Source: a virus
Length of the DNA: 64,000 nt
IMG/VR virus record: IMGVR_UViG_3300042549_009011
Span: 1 to 64,000 of that record
Reading direction: 5' to 3' (one strand)
The position numbers and the translations under genes are program-made. The number at the start of each line of letters is the position of its first letter. The stretch's first letter is position 1. Below the pieces are notes generated by a model. That model made no database searches. It was not told the DNA's origin and saw nothing but the letters and a program-made list of their open reading frames with translations. Shown here in pieces: positions 31,176-40,650 of the stretch.

Positions 31176-32242
31176 GTAAGGATGCTATAGTATTTAATCT
31201 AGAAGAAGATTTAAAAAAAGAAATTCTGGAAGAGTTTAAAACAACTCCAGATATTATGGCTATTACTCGAAAGGTTTTCCAAGATGAAACTCTAGATGGC
31301 AGAAGCCACCAAGGAAGAGCAGTTAAAAAATTCTTGGTAGAAAATGGTCTGAACTATAAGACCTGCGTAGATGTTCCAAAAACAAAACAAAAAGAACTCA
31401 CCAATGAACAAAAAGAGTTTTTGATGAGCGATAATTTGGAAAACGGTATATCAGGATTAGATGCCGCCAAGCTTTGTTTTAAAGATAAATCTATTCAGAG
31501 TCTCAGCACTGAACATAGAATTGTTTTAGATTTCTTGAAGGAATTTAGACCAGACATAACAGAAGAGCATCCAGTTGCTGAGAAATGGGTAGCGCCAAAA
31601 GCTCTTTCTAGAGCAATTAAAAAAGTAAACGATTGGGCAGGTACGACTTTTGAAGAAGTTACAATGCCAACAAAACAAAAAAGGTGTTGCGAGAAGCTGC
31701 TTCTTTATTTGCAAAGTGTTCGTTTCAGAGAAACGATTAATCAATTTTCTACCTACTCAGATAGAGAACTTTTTGAAAGCGAATTCGTTCGCGTTACTTG
31801 GGATAAGCCAGATCTTACTGTTGACGAGCAAAATCTTTATATCAACATGTGTTCCAACTATGTTCGCTTGAAACATATTCAAAAACGTCTAGATAAACTT
31901 AATGGTCTTTTAAACGAAGTGCAAGATCAGCAAGATATGACTATGCGTTTAACGGAACTGATCAAAGCCACAAGCGATGAGCTAAATCAATGCGAAAAAA
32001 GAATCGAAGCTCTTGCCAAAGATCTTAACGGATCAAGACAAAACAGACTTAAAGAAAAAGGCGAAGGTGGCGGAAGTATTTTAGCTCTAGTCGAAGCTTT
32101 CCAAGAAAAAGAAGAAAGAGGTAGGATGGTTTTAATGGCAGAATTGCAAAATAAACTAATCGAAGAAGAAGCCGACAGACTAGAATCTATGGAAGAATTA
32201 AAAGCAAGAATTTTAGGTATATCCAAACACGAATTACTATAA
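31172..32242 (+). CDS. Coiled-coil hypothetical protein (possible terminase small subunit or packaging factor)
   Basis: Position upstream of TerL; long C-terminal coiled coil; function is inference only. Confidence 0.35.
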   Translation: MSKDAIVFNLEEDLKKEILEEFKTTPDIMAITRKVFQDETLDGRSHQGRAVKKFLVENGLNYKTCVDVPKTKQKELTNEQKEFLMSDNLENGISGLDAAKLCFKDKSIQSLSTEHRIVLDFLKEFRPDITEEHPVAEKWVAPKALSRAIKKVNDWAGTTFEEVTMPTKQKRCCEKLLLYLQSVRFRETINQFSTYSDRELFESEFVRVTWDKPDLTVDEQNLYINMCSNYVRLKHIQKRLDKLNGLLNEVQDQQDMTMRLTELIKATSDELNQCEKRIEALAKDLNGSRQNRLKEKGEGGGSILALVEAFQEKEERGRMVLMAELQNKLIEEEADRLESMEELKARILGISKHELL

Positions 32243-32243
32243 T

Positions 32244-33188
32244 ATGGAAAACAAGTTTACATGTTTAGAGTGTGATAAAAATTTTGATAGCAAACGTTCT
32301 CTTCACGCTCATTTAAAAGCCCACTTCGATCACATGGGCGATTATTATACAAAATTTTATATAAAAAAAGATTTATTGACTGGAGAACAGATTCCTTTTT
32401 TAAATTATGAGCAATACATCAACCAAGATTTTATCTGTCACGAAAATTTCAAACAATGGTTGTCCAAAGAAGAAATCGGTAAAGTAAAAAAATATATTTT
32501 AGAAAGAGCATCCAAAAGGTTTGAAGAAAAAAATGTTAAAATATCTCCACCTAATCTTTTCTATACGCTTTCTCATATGGCTGACATAGAAGACTGCAAA
32601 AGAATCTTTGGTTCTTATTGCGATTTTTTAGAGCAGATGAAATTAGAAAAATGGTTTAATAAAAATTTACCAAAAGACTTTTGGGAAAACGAATGTTCTG
32701 ATCTTGAGATACTAATTGACACAAGAGAACAACAACCGCTGAATTTTCCAAAATATATAGACTGCAAATTAGATTTTGGAGACTATACTGCTGGTGGAGA
32801 AAAATATTCTAAGACTTTTGTTGACAGGAAGGCTGTTGGGGATTTCTGTTCAACTTTTTCTGGAGGTATAGAACGTTTTAAAAGAGAAATGGATAGATGT
32901 GTAGAATTTAATTCCTACATGTTTATTGTTGTTGAGTCTAGTGTTGATAAAATCAATTCAGACAATAAAAAATTTGTAAAGAACTTATCTTATGTTTGGC
33001 ATAACGTAAAACAGGTAATGCTAGAGTATCCAAACAACGTACAATTTGTTTTTGCTCACTCAAGAAAGGGCGCTCAAAAAATCATACCAAAAATTCTTTT
33101 CTATGGAGATTCTATTTGGAACACTGATGTTAACTTTTTTTTAGAAAGGAGAATAAATGGCTTGGTTAAAGGGCAAACAGAAAACTAG
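32244..33188 (+). CDS. C2H2 zinc finger + ERCC4/XPF-family nuclease
   Basis: CLEC...HLKAH; ILIDTREQ, LDFGDY and VDRK motifs. Confidence 0.75.
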   Translation: MENKFTCLECDKNFDSKRSLHAHLKAHFDHMGDYYTKFYIKKDLLTGEQIPFLNYEQYINQDFICHENFKQWLSKEEIGKVKKYILERASKRFEEKNVKISPPNLFYTLSHMADIEDCKRIFGSYCDFLEQMKLEKWFNKNLPKDFWENECSDLEILIDTREQQPLNFPKYIDCKLDFGDYTAGGEKYSKTFVDRKAVGDFCSTFSGGIERFKREMDRCVEFNSYMFIVVESSVDKINSDNKKFVKNLSYVWHNVKQVMLEYPNNVQFVFAHSRKGAQKIIPKILFYGDSIWNTDVNFFLERRINGLVKGQTEN

Positions 33189-35055
33189 GATGGAATTCGC
33201 ATCTAAAGAGTTAAATAAAAAACTCTTAGAGATGGACGAACAATTATCAGAAGAAGATGCGAGGTATTATTTATATTTGTTTTTAAGAAACAATATTTCT
33301 TTTGCCGCAGAATTGTTTTTAGGCATTAAGCTATTCCCATTCCAAGCTTTAGCTATTAAGGGAATGATGATTTCCGATTATTCTATGTTTGTATTTTCAA
33401 GGGGTATGTCTAAAACATACTCTACTGCTGTTTATATTCTGCTTGAGTGCATTCTTAGCCCCAAAGCTAATATTGGAGTTATTGCTGGATCTTTTAGACA
33501 GGCTAAAATGATTTTCCAAAAAATGGAAGATATTTTGGGTAAGCCAGAAGCTAAACTAGCTAAAGATTGTGGTATAAAAATTACAAAAGGCACAGATATG
33601 TGGACTCTTACTGTAGGCAAAGGTAGAGCTATCGCATTACCATTGGCAAATGGCGAGCGTCTTCGTGGTTTCAGATTTAATAGAATTGTTCTGGACGAGT
33701 TCATCACTATTCCAGAAAAGATTTTCACAGAAGTTATTCTTCCGTTCCTTGGCGTTATTGAAAACCCAGTAGAAAGAGAAGAGATGTATCAGCTTGAAGA
33801 TAAGCTGATAAAATCAGGCATGATGAGAGAAGAAGAAAGATACGTTTGGCCCAACAACAAACTAATTATTCTTTCTTCTCCTTCATTTAAGTTTGAATAC
33901 ATGTATAAGCTATTTAAAAAATATGAAGCACTTATTTTCAAAGAAGATGACTCTCAAATTGAAGAAGAAGATGATGAAGATCTAAGTGACAATGCTTATA
34001 GATTAATAATGCAATTAAGTTATGACTGTGCGCCAAAAAGATTATACGACCAAAACTTATTAAAACAAGCAAAGGCAACCATGTCTGAAATGCAGTTCAT
34101 GAGAGAGTTTGGCGCTCAGTTTGTTGACGAAAGCGATGGATATTTTAGGCTTTCTAAAATGGCTGCTTGCACTATTATGGATGGAGAGTTTCCAGCGGTT
34201 GAGATTGCAGGTAATTCATCAGACGAGTATATTATTTCTTTCGACCCCAACTGGGCTGGCAATTCTAGTGCTGACCATTTTGCAATGCATGTATTCAAGG
34301 TGGATAGAGAGTCAGAAAAGGGATGCTTAGTTCATTCTTATGCAATTGCTGGAGTTGATTTAAAAGAGCATATGTTTTATTTCCATTATTTATTAACTCA
34401 TTTCAATATAGTTGGTATTTGCGGAGACTATAACGGGGGCGTTCAATTTATACAATCTTGTAACGAAAGTAAATTATTTCAGGATTCTAAAATATTTATT
34501 AACGTTATGGAAGTCGATTTCGACAAACCAGAACTGTATTTAGATGACCTTAGAGAGTTTAAGAATCAATATAATAGAAAAGAAAAAAAATATTGTATTC
34601 TTAGAAAACCATCTTCAAACTGGATTAGGGAAGCAAACGAAATGTTACAGGCAGCAATCGACCACAAAAGAATTCTTTTTGGCGCTCGCGCTTTAGACTC
34701 TCATTTCGAAGAACAGAGAAAGAAAAACATACCAATAGATAATTTGAAATGGGATTTGGGCATCCAAAGATCTTCTCAAGGAGCTATGATGATTGATTTC
34801 ATAGATCATCAAAAAAGTATAATCGAACTTACAAAGTCGGAATGTGCCAATATCGAAGTTGCATCTAATCCGCAAGGAAGTCAGTCATTTCAACTTCCTC
34901 AAAACTTTCGAAGACAAAAAGGACCAAATAGAGCAAGAAAAGATTCTTATTCTGCTTTGGTTTTAGGCAATTGGTTTTTAAAAATATTTTTCGATGCACA
35001 AAATACCAAGGAAGTAAAAAAACAAACTAGCACTTTTACTCCTTTTATAATTTGA
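33157..35055 (+). CDS. terL: Terminase large subunit
   Basis: LFPFQ, SRGMSKT Walker A, LRGFRFNRIVLDE Walker B, nuclease IISFDP...D and KDSYSAL. Confidence 0.9.
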   Translation: MAWLKGKQKTRMEFASKELNKKLLEMDEQLSEEDARYYLYLFLRNNISFAAELFLGIKLFPFQALAIKGMMISDYSMFVFSRGMSKTYSTAVYILLECILSPKANIGVIAGSFRQAKMIFQKMEDILGKPEAKLAKDCGIKITKGTDMWTLTVGKGRAIALPLANGERLRGFRFNRIVLDEFITIPEKIFTEVILPFLGVIENPVEREEMYQLEDKLIKSGMMREEERYVWPNNKLIILSSPSFKFEYMYKLFKKYEALIFKEDDSQIEEEDDEDLSDNAYRLIMQLSYDCAPKRLYDQNLLKQAKATMSEMQFMREFGAQFVDESDGYFRLSKMAACTIMDGEFPAVEIAGNSSDEYIISFDPNWAGNSSADHFAMHVFKVDRESEKGCLVHSYAIAGVDLKEHMFYFHYLLTHFNIVGICGDYNGGVQFIQSCNESKLFQDSKIFINVMEVDFDKPELYLDDLREFKNQYNRKEKKYCILRKPSSNWIREANEMLQAAIDHKRILFGARALDSHFEEQRKKNIPIDNLKWDLGIQRSSQGAMMIDFIDHQKSIIELTKSECANIEVASNPQGSQSFQLPQNFRRQKGPNRARKDSYSALVLGNWFLKIFFDAQNTKEVKKQTSTFTPFII

Positions 35056-35083
35056 AAGTTTAAAAGTCAACTTTATAAAGTTA

Positions 35084-35089
35084 GTGTAA
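35084..35089 (+). promoter_or_regulatory. Putative late promoter motif GTGTAA (also at 5021, 29257, 37127, 43491, 44765, 47858; - strand 13542-13547; GTGTAT at 30090)
   Basis: Recurs immediately upstream of late genes, often 8-9 nt before ATG. Confidence 0.65.
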
Positions 35090-35098
35090 CATTTATAT

Positions 35099-37132
35099 AT
35101 GTCGGAAAAACGCAAATATCAAAAAAGATCAGATTATTGGAGTAAGTTTCAAAAGGCAGAAAGCTCTTCTTTAGAATTGTTTTCAAAACCGACAGATTTT
35201 TCTCCAGAGCTTATTGGCGAAAGTTATTACGAATCCAATGCAAGTTGTGGCACAAAAATAGGTACAGAGTATAGAAAAAATTCTGTTTCCAAAAACCCAA
35301 CCAAAGATAGGTTTAAAAATATCTATGATGGAGTTTTGCCTTACGATTATTCTGCTGACTTTGTGGATGTTCATGATGCAATCGAACTTTGTCAAAAAGC
35401 TTATTTCAATATTCCAGCATTCAGAAGCACTGTTGATCTTTTATCAGAATTTGCGGATTCAGATATTTACTTGGAAGGTGGAAATGGTAAATCGAGAGCA
35501 TTTATTGAAGCTTGGTTTAGAAGAATAAAAATTCATGACGTAAAAGCCCAATATTTTAGAGAATACTACAGATCTGGTAACGTTTTCTTTTATACGCTTG
35601 AGTCGAAAATAAAAAACTCAGCAGAAAGCTTGATAGAATCTTACGGCGCTGTAAATACACGTTCTGAAATTCCTATTAAATATGTTCTTCTTAACCCTGT
35701 AGATATTGGAGCGAAAGGAGCTATTTCTTTTGGAGATTTTGAATATGTAAAAATTTTAACACCATTTGAAGTTGCAAGATTAAAAAATCCAAACAATCAA
35801 TATGAAAAAGAATTGAGGACTTCTTTACCTAAAGATGTTCTTGAAGGAATTGACAGAGGTGCAAGAAATACCTCAGATAAGATTTACTTAAAAATAGATT
35901 CAAAATCTTTAAATCCTATTTTTGCAAAAAAACAAGATTACGAACCTCTTTCCATTCCAGCATTATTTGCTGTTTTGGACGACATGAATAAAAAGATTGA
36001 ACTTAAAAAAATAGATCAAGCTATAGCACGTTCTATTGAAAATGTTGTTCTACTTGTAACGATGGGTGCAGAGCCAGATAAAGGAGGAATAAATGATAAG
36101 AATATTAGGGCGATGCAAGAGATTTTTAAAAACCAAAGCGTTGGCAGAGTATTAGTTTCCGACTATACCACAAAAGCTGAATTCGTTATTCCTGATCTCA
36201 AAAAGGTTATGGGCAAGGAGAAATACGAAATTTTAAATAAAGATATCGAAGAAGGTTTGCAAAACATTTTAATTGGAGAAAGCAAATATGCAGACACAAA
36301 ATTAAAATTAAAGATTTTCATGAATCGTTTGGAAGAATCAAGAAACCTTTTCTTAAAAGAATTTCTTCAACCAGAAATTAAAAGAATTTGCAAAAGTCTT
36401 GGTATGCGTTCTTTTCCAACAGTTAAGTTTGTGAAAACTGATACTTTAGATGATTCTGATTTACAGAAACTTGTTACTCGTATGATGGAATTAGGTTTAC
36501 TTACTCCAGAGCAAGGTCTTAAAACTATCAGAACTGGTATCTTCCCAAATGAAACTGATCTTGTTCCAGCACAAAAAGATTATTTGGAAAATAGAAAAGA
36601 GGGCTACTATATGCCTTTGGTTAATAGCATTAATCTTCATAAAGAAGACGATGAAGCTAAACAACAAAATTTTGAAAACAAAATGGTTGTTGAACAAAAG
36701 AAAACTACAAGTGATTTAGCAAAAAATACAATTACTCCTTCTCCAGTAGGTACTCCAAAAACAGCTACGTCTTCGCCTTCTTCTGGAGGAAGACCACTAG
36801 GTAAATCTAATGCTACATTCTCAAAGAAAAGCATTCTTTCTACAACAAAAGAAATAAATGAATTTGAGCTTAAAACATTTGCAGCCTTTTCTGAAAAATA
36901 CGGAGTTGAGAAAATGGAAAAAGACAAAGAGTTAATCTCTAGAGTTTCAGAATCAATTATTGTTGCAAAGGAAAAAGAAGAATGGGATGAGACTTTATCT
37001 AAAATTGTTGAAGATTTTGATCACTTGTCTGAATTAAATATTTCTACAGAAGTGCTTGATGTTGGAGCAAAACATCAATTAGATGATCTTGCCGCAGCAA
37101 TTTTATATCACTCTACTAAAAATTCTGTGTAA
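35099..37132 (+). CDS. Portal protein
   Basis: Directly follows TerL; 677 aa; helical portal-like segments (FREYYRSGNVF). Confidence 0.75.
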   Translation: MSEKRKYQKRSDYWSKFQKAESSSLELFSKPTDFSPELIGESYYESNASCGTKIGTEYRKNSVSKNPTKDRFKNIYDGVLPYDYSADFVDVHDAIELCQKAYFNIPAFRSTVDLLSEFADSDIYLEGGNGKSRAFIEAWFRRIKIHDVKAQYFREYYRSGNVFFYTLESKIKNSAESLIESYGAVNTRSEIPIKYVLLNPVDIGAKGAISFGDFEYVKILTPFEVARLKNPNNQYEKELRTSLPKDVLEGIDRGARNTSDKIYLKIDSKSLNPIFAKKQDYEPLSIPALFAVLDDMNKKIELKKIDQAIARSIENVVLLVTMGAEPDKGGINDKNIRAMQEIFKNQSVGRVLVSDYTTKAEFVIPDLKKVMGKEKYEILNKDIEEGLQNILIGESKYADTKLKLKIFMNRLEESRNLFLKEFLQPEIKRICKSLGMRSFPTVKFVKTDTLDDSDLQKLVTRMMELGLLTPEQGLKTIRTGIFPNETDLVPAQKDYLENRKEGYYMPLVNSINLHKEDDEAKQQNFENKMVVEQKKTTSDLAKNTITPSPVGTPKTATSSPSSGGRPLGKSNATFSKKSILSTTKEINEFELKTFAAFSEKYGVEKMEKDKELISRVSESIIVAKEKEEWDETLSKIVEDFDHLSELNISTEVLDVGAKHQLDDLAAAILYHSTKNSV

Positions 37133-37141
37133 CAAGAGCAT

Positions 37142-38776
37142 ATGTCCAAAAAAGAAACCTTTGAAGATTTTTTAAAATCAGAATTTTCAGGCTCGATCAG
37201 AGTTATAACTGATACTGAATTTGATGATTTTGGTGTTTCCAAAGGATCTTTTGTTGCAAAAGCTAAATCTCTTCTTCCAGATGATTTTGATCCTTCTCAA
37301 AATATGGATATTCTTCCAGTTGTTTTCAATTTAGCCAAGGTTAATGAATTCAATAAAAATGGTGATGGAATATCTACAGCAGATGCTATTAACATGGTTA
37401 AAAGATTTGCTAACAAGCCAATAAATATTGAACATAAAAAAGCTAAAATTGTTGGACATATAATCAATGCTTCCTTTTCAGACAAAGAGCCAGATTTTAA
37501 AGAAAACGATATAGAGTCATTTAAAGATAGAACAGATCCTTTTTTTATTAATGCTGCTGGAGTTATTTATGGTCATATTTATCCGAAGTTATCTTCTTTG
37601 ATATCTGAGTCTTCTGACGAAGAGAATGAAACATATCAGTCAATATCGACAAGTTGGGAATTGGCTTTTAAAGATTGGGCGGTAGCCAAAGGTTCTTTGA
37701 AATTAGAAGATTGCGAAATCATTTCTGATAAAGAAGAAATGCTAAAATATAAAAAATATATTAAAAAGTTTGGTGGTAAGGGAGTTGACGAAAAAGGAAT
37801 TCCTATAAATAGACTTATTGTTGGAAACACAATTCCACTAGGTGGAGCATTAACTTATAATCCAGCAGCAGGAGTCAAAGGTGTTTATTTATTAGATGAA
37901 GAACTCACTAATGAACAAGACGACAACGAAGAAGAAAACGAAGACGAAAACGAAAGTAAGGAAATTCAAGAAGATCAATTTGAAGAAAATGAAGAAAATA
38001 ATTCATCTAATTTAAATTTAATTAATGAAAAAAATTCCCTAATTACAAAAAACATTGTAAAGATTAAAAAATTCAAGGATATATTAAATATGAACGATAA
38101 ACAATTCGAACAATTTCTTCAAAAGATGGAGCAAAGCATTGCTTCAGTAACTGGAGAAGAAAGTCAAGCAAAATCCATTGGTGTAATTTTTAAAGACGCT
38201 TTGCTTGAGCAAGGAGAGTCTTGGAAGTCACAAGTCCAAGCAGAAAAAGAAGCAAAAGAAAAGCTTAAAACCGAAATGGAAGAGCTTAAAGCCTCCTTCG
38301 AAGATTCGAAAAAAGAACTTGATGCAATCAAAGCAGAAATGGAAACAAAAGCTGCTGTTGAACTTTTCAATTCTCGCATGAATTTCCTTGAAGACAAATT
38401 TGAATTTTCCGAAAAAGAACTTGAATTTGTTGTTGCCGAAGTCAAAGGACTTGGCTCAGAAGAAGTAAATTTTGAAACCTATAAAGAAAAAGTATCTACT
38501 CTTTTCTCACATAAATTAAAAGAAGTAATCGCCTCTCAGAAAAAAGAGGTGGAAGCAAAAATCGAAGAAGAAGTTGCAAAACGCCTTTCTGAAAAAACAG
38601 AAACTTCTAATGCTTCCGTAGTAGACGAAGAAAAAGTAGAAGCTACAGATGAAGAAAAAGACTTGGAAACCGAAGAAGCAAAAGCTAACGTTATTAATAA
38701 TAACGCCCAGTCAAGCACAGAGGAGTCCTTGATTCAAAAACTAAAGCAGAGTTTTTCTGTCGAAGTGACCAACTAA
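37142..38776 (+). CDS. Prohead protease fused to acidic coiled-coil scaffold
   Basis: NKNGDGI, KPINIEH...IVGHI, STSWEL and ALTYNPA motifs; E/K-rich C-terminal half. Confidence 0.75.
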   Translation: MSKKETFEDFLKSEFSGSIRVITDTEFDDFGVSKGSFVAKAKSLLPDDFDPSQNMDILPVVFNLAKVNEFNKNGDGISTADAINMVKRFANKPINIEHKKAKIVGHIINASFSDKEPDFKENDIESFKDRTDPFFINAAGVIYGHIYPKLSSLISESSDEENETYQSISTSWELAFKDWAVAKGSLKLEDCEIISDKEEMLKYKKYIKKFGGKGVDEKGIPINRLIVGNTIPLGGALTYNPAAGVKGVYLLDEELTNEQDDNEEENEDENESKEIQEDQFEENEENNSSNLNLINEKNSLITKNIVKIKKFKDILNMNDKQFEQFLQKMEQSIASVTGEESQAKSIGVIFKDALLEQGESWKSQVQAEKEAKEKLKTEMEELKASFEDSKKELDAIKAEMETKAAVELFNSRMNFLEDKFEFSEKELEFVVAEVKGLGSEEVNFETYKEKVSTLFSHKLKEVIASQKKEVEAKIEEEVAKRLSEKTETSNASVVDEEKVEATDEEKDLETEEAKANVINNNAQSSTEESLIQKLKQSFSVEVTN

Positions 38777-38794
38777 TAAAAAAATATAAATATT

Positions 38795-39412
38795 ATGTCC
38801 AATACAATTACAAGAATGCTACCATTCCGTCAGATCAACGAGAACGATGTTATCAACATGTTTTCTCTTGATACTATCACAGGAGAGGCTGGATCACTTG
38901 TCAAGATTAGCTCTGCCAACCTTGATTTAGATCCTGTTAATCTTATCGAACGTGCCGATTCACTCGGTTTCCAAAACTATTTGGGTAATGCTTCGTCATT
39001 ATATCCAGAAGTTCCTTATAAAGTAACGAAAGTTGCGAACACTGGAGAGCGCCCAATTGGTATTCTCTTGAAAGATGTTCGTTCAGTTGATGAAAACGGT
39101 GAGAATCTTCAATATTATCCACGCAAGAAAGAAGAACTTCAATGCGTTCTCTCTGGAGAAGCTGTGCCTATCGCTACTCGCGGTATCTTTATGCTTAACT
39201 CAAGAGCGCTTGCTGGTGGACTCGCTCCTGCAATCAACTCTTATGCAATTCCTTCTGCAAACGGAACTTTGACAGGTGTTGCCGCAGCTTCCGCAACAGC
39301 AACTCAAAAAGAGTATGCAGTTGGTAAATTCATCGCAACTGGTTCTCGCGCATCTCAACAAGATACCGACGAATACGCTGGTGTGTATGCAGTCCTTAAA
39401 CTTGAACTCTAA
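38795..39412 (+). CDS. Capsid decoration/cement protein
   Basis: Lies between scaffold and MCP; highly expressed codon bias; GEAVPIATRG. Confidence 0.6.
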   Translation: MSNTITRMLPFRQINENDVINMFSLDTITGEAGSLVKISSANLDLDPVNLIERADSLGFQNYLGNASSLYPEVPYKVTKVANTGERPIGILLKDVRSVDENGENLQYYPRKKEELQCVLSGEAVPIATRGIFMLNSRALAGGLAPAINSYAIPSANGTLTGVAAASATATQKEYAVGKFIATGSRASQQDTDEYAGVYAVLKLEL

Positions 39413-39426
39413 TAAGAAACAGATAA

Positions 39427-40569
39427 ATGAAAATTACTATTAACAGAACAGAAGACCAACTTGCTTTGGTAAAGGCAATGGGAAGCAACAACCGCGAAGA
39501 GGCTTACGAGGCTCAAGCTGCGGTTGCTGAACTCATGAGTCCAGTCATCAACGAGGTAATCAATAACGCGCAATCTATTGGAAATCTTTTCTCCACCATG
39601 ACTTTTGGTGCAGATGATAATCCTTCGATTCCTCTCGACTTGTTTTATGATATCACTGATGAAGATTTCATCACTGTATATTCACAGCAAGTAGCTGGTG
39701 GACTTCCTTACAGCCAAGTATTCCCTGCACACAACGAACTCAAGTTCTCTACCTACACTCTTGACAGTGCTTTCGCATTCGACAAGAAGTATGTTCGTAA
39801 GAGCCGCTTGGATGTTGTCAGTAAAACATTTACTCGTATGGCACAAGAGATTCTCCTTAAACAAGAGAAAACAGCATTCAACGTTCTTGCCGCTGCACTT
39901 GTCCGTGGTAACACCAAAATTGGTGCTGGTTCTTCTGCTTTCGGCAACCACATCATTGGTTCAACTACTGAAAACCAATTCACATTGGACGACTTCAATC
40001 GTCTCATCACTCGTTGCAAACGCATCAGTGCTTCCTTCTCTGGAGGAACTCCTGTTGGTGGAGCAAAAGTTGGTGTTACCGATATGATGGTTTCTCCAGA
40101 AATGATCCAAGAACTTCGTGCAATGGCTTATCAGCCAATCAACACTCGTCAAGCACCTTCTGGTGTCTCTTCGATTGCAGGAACAGAAGAATTCCGTAAT
40201 CAGCTTTATTCTGCTGCTGGACTTCCTTCTTTCTATGGAATCAACATGATTGAGATTCTTGAGCTTGGCGTAGGTCAACGCTTCAACAAAATCTTTGATG
40301 CTGTTGTAACTGCAAACGGTGCTACCGTCATTGGTGGTGGTAACTCTGGTACGTTCGTACAAGCAGACGACGAAATCCTTATCGGTATCGACCGTTCACG
40401 TGAGTCATTGGTTCGCCCAGTGGTTCTTGATGAAGATTCTTCAGCAGAATTCTCCATCATGGTTGACGACCAGTTCACCGTTCGCCAAAACAAAGTTGGC
40501 TACTACGGTAAACTTGAAGAAGGTAGAGTTTGCCTTGACGACCGTGCTTTAGTAGGTATTGTTGTCTAA
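39427..40569 (+). CDS. Major capsid protein (HK97 fold)
   Basis: 380 aa; synteny; strong codon bias; followed by a terminator. Confidence 0.8.
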   Translation: MKITINRTEDQLALVKAMGSNNREEAYEAQAAVAELMSPVINEVINNAQSIGNLFSTMTFGADDNPSIPLDLFYDITDEDFITVYSQQVAGGLPYSQVFPAHNELKFSTYTLDSAFAFDKKYVRKSRLDVVSKTFTRMAQEILLKQEKTAFNVLAAALVRGNTKIGAGSSAFGNHIIGSTTENQFTLDDFNRLITRCKRISASFSGGTPVGGAKVGVTDMMVSPEMIQELRAMAYQPINTRQAPSGVSSIAGTEEFRNQLYSAAGLPSFYGINMIEILELGVGQRFNKIFDAVVTANGATVIGGGNSGTFVQADDEILIGIDRSRESLVRPVVLDEDSSAEFSIMVDDQFTVRQNKVGYYGKLEEGRVCLDDRALVGIVV

Positions 40570-40585
40570 TTCATGAAATAAAATT

Positions 40586-40619
40586 AGAGCCGCTCCGAAA
40601 GGGGTGGCTCTTTTTTTTT
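40586..40619 (+). terminator. Rho-independent terminator
   Basis: AGAGCCGCTCC-GAAA-GGGGTGGCTCT followed by a T-run. Confidence 0.9.
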
Positions 40620-40650
40620 GATTTTTTTAATTTAGAATATATCATTATAT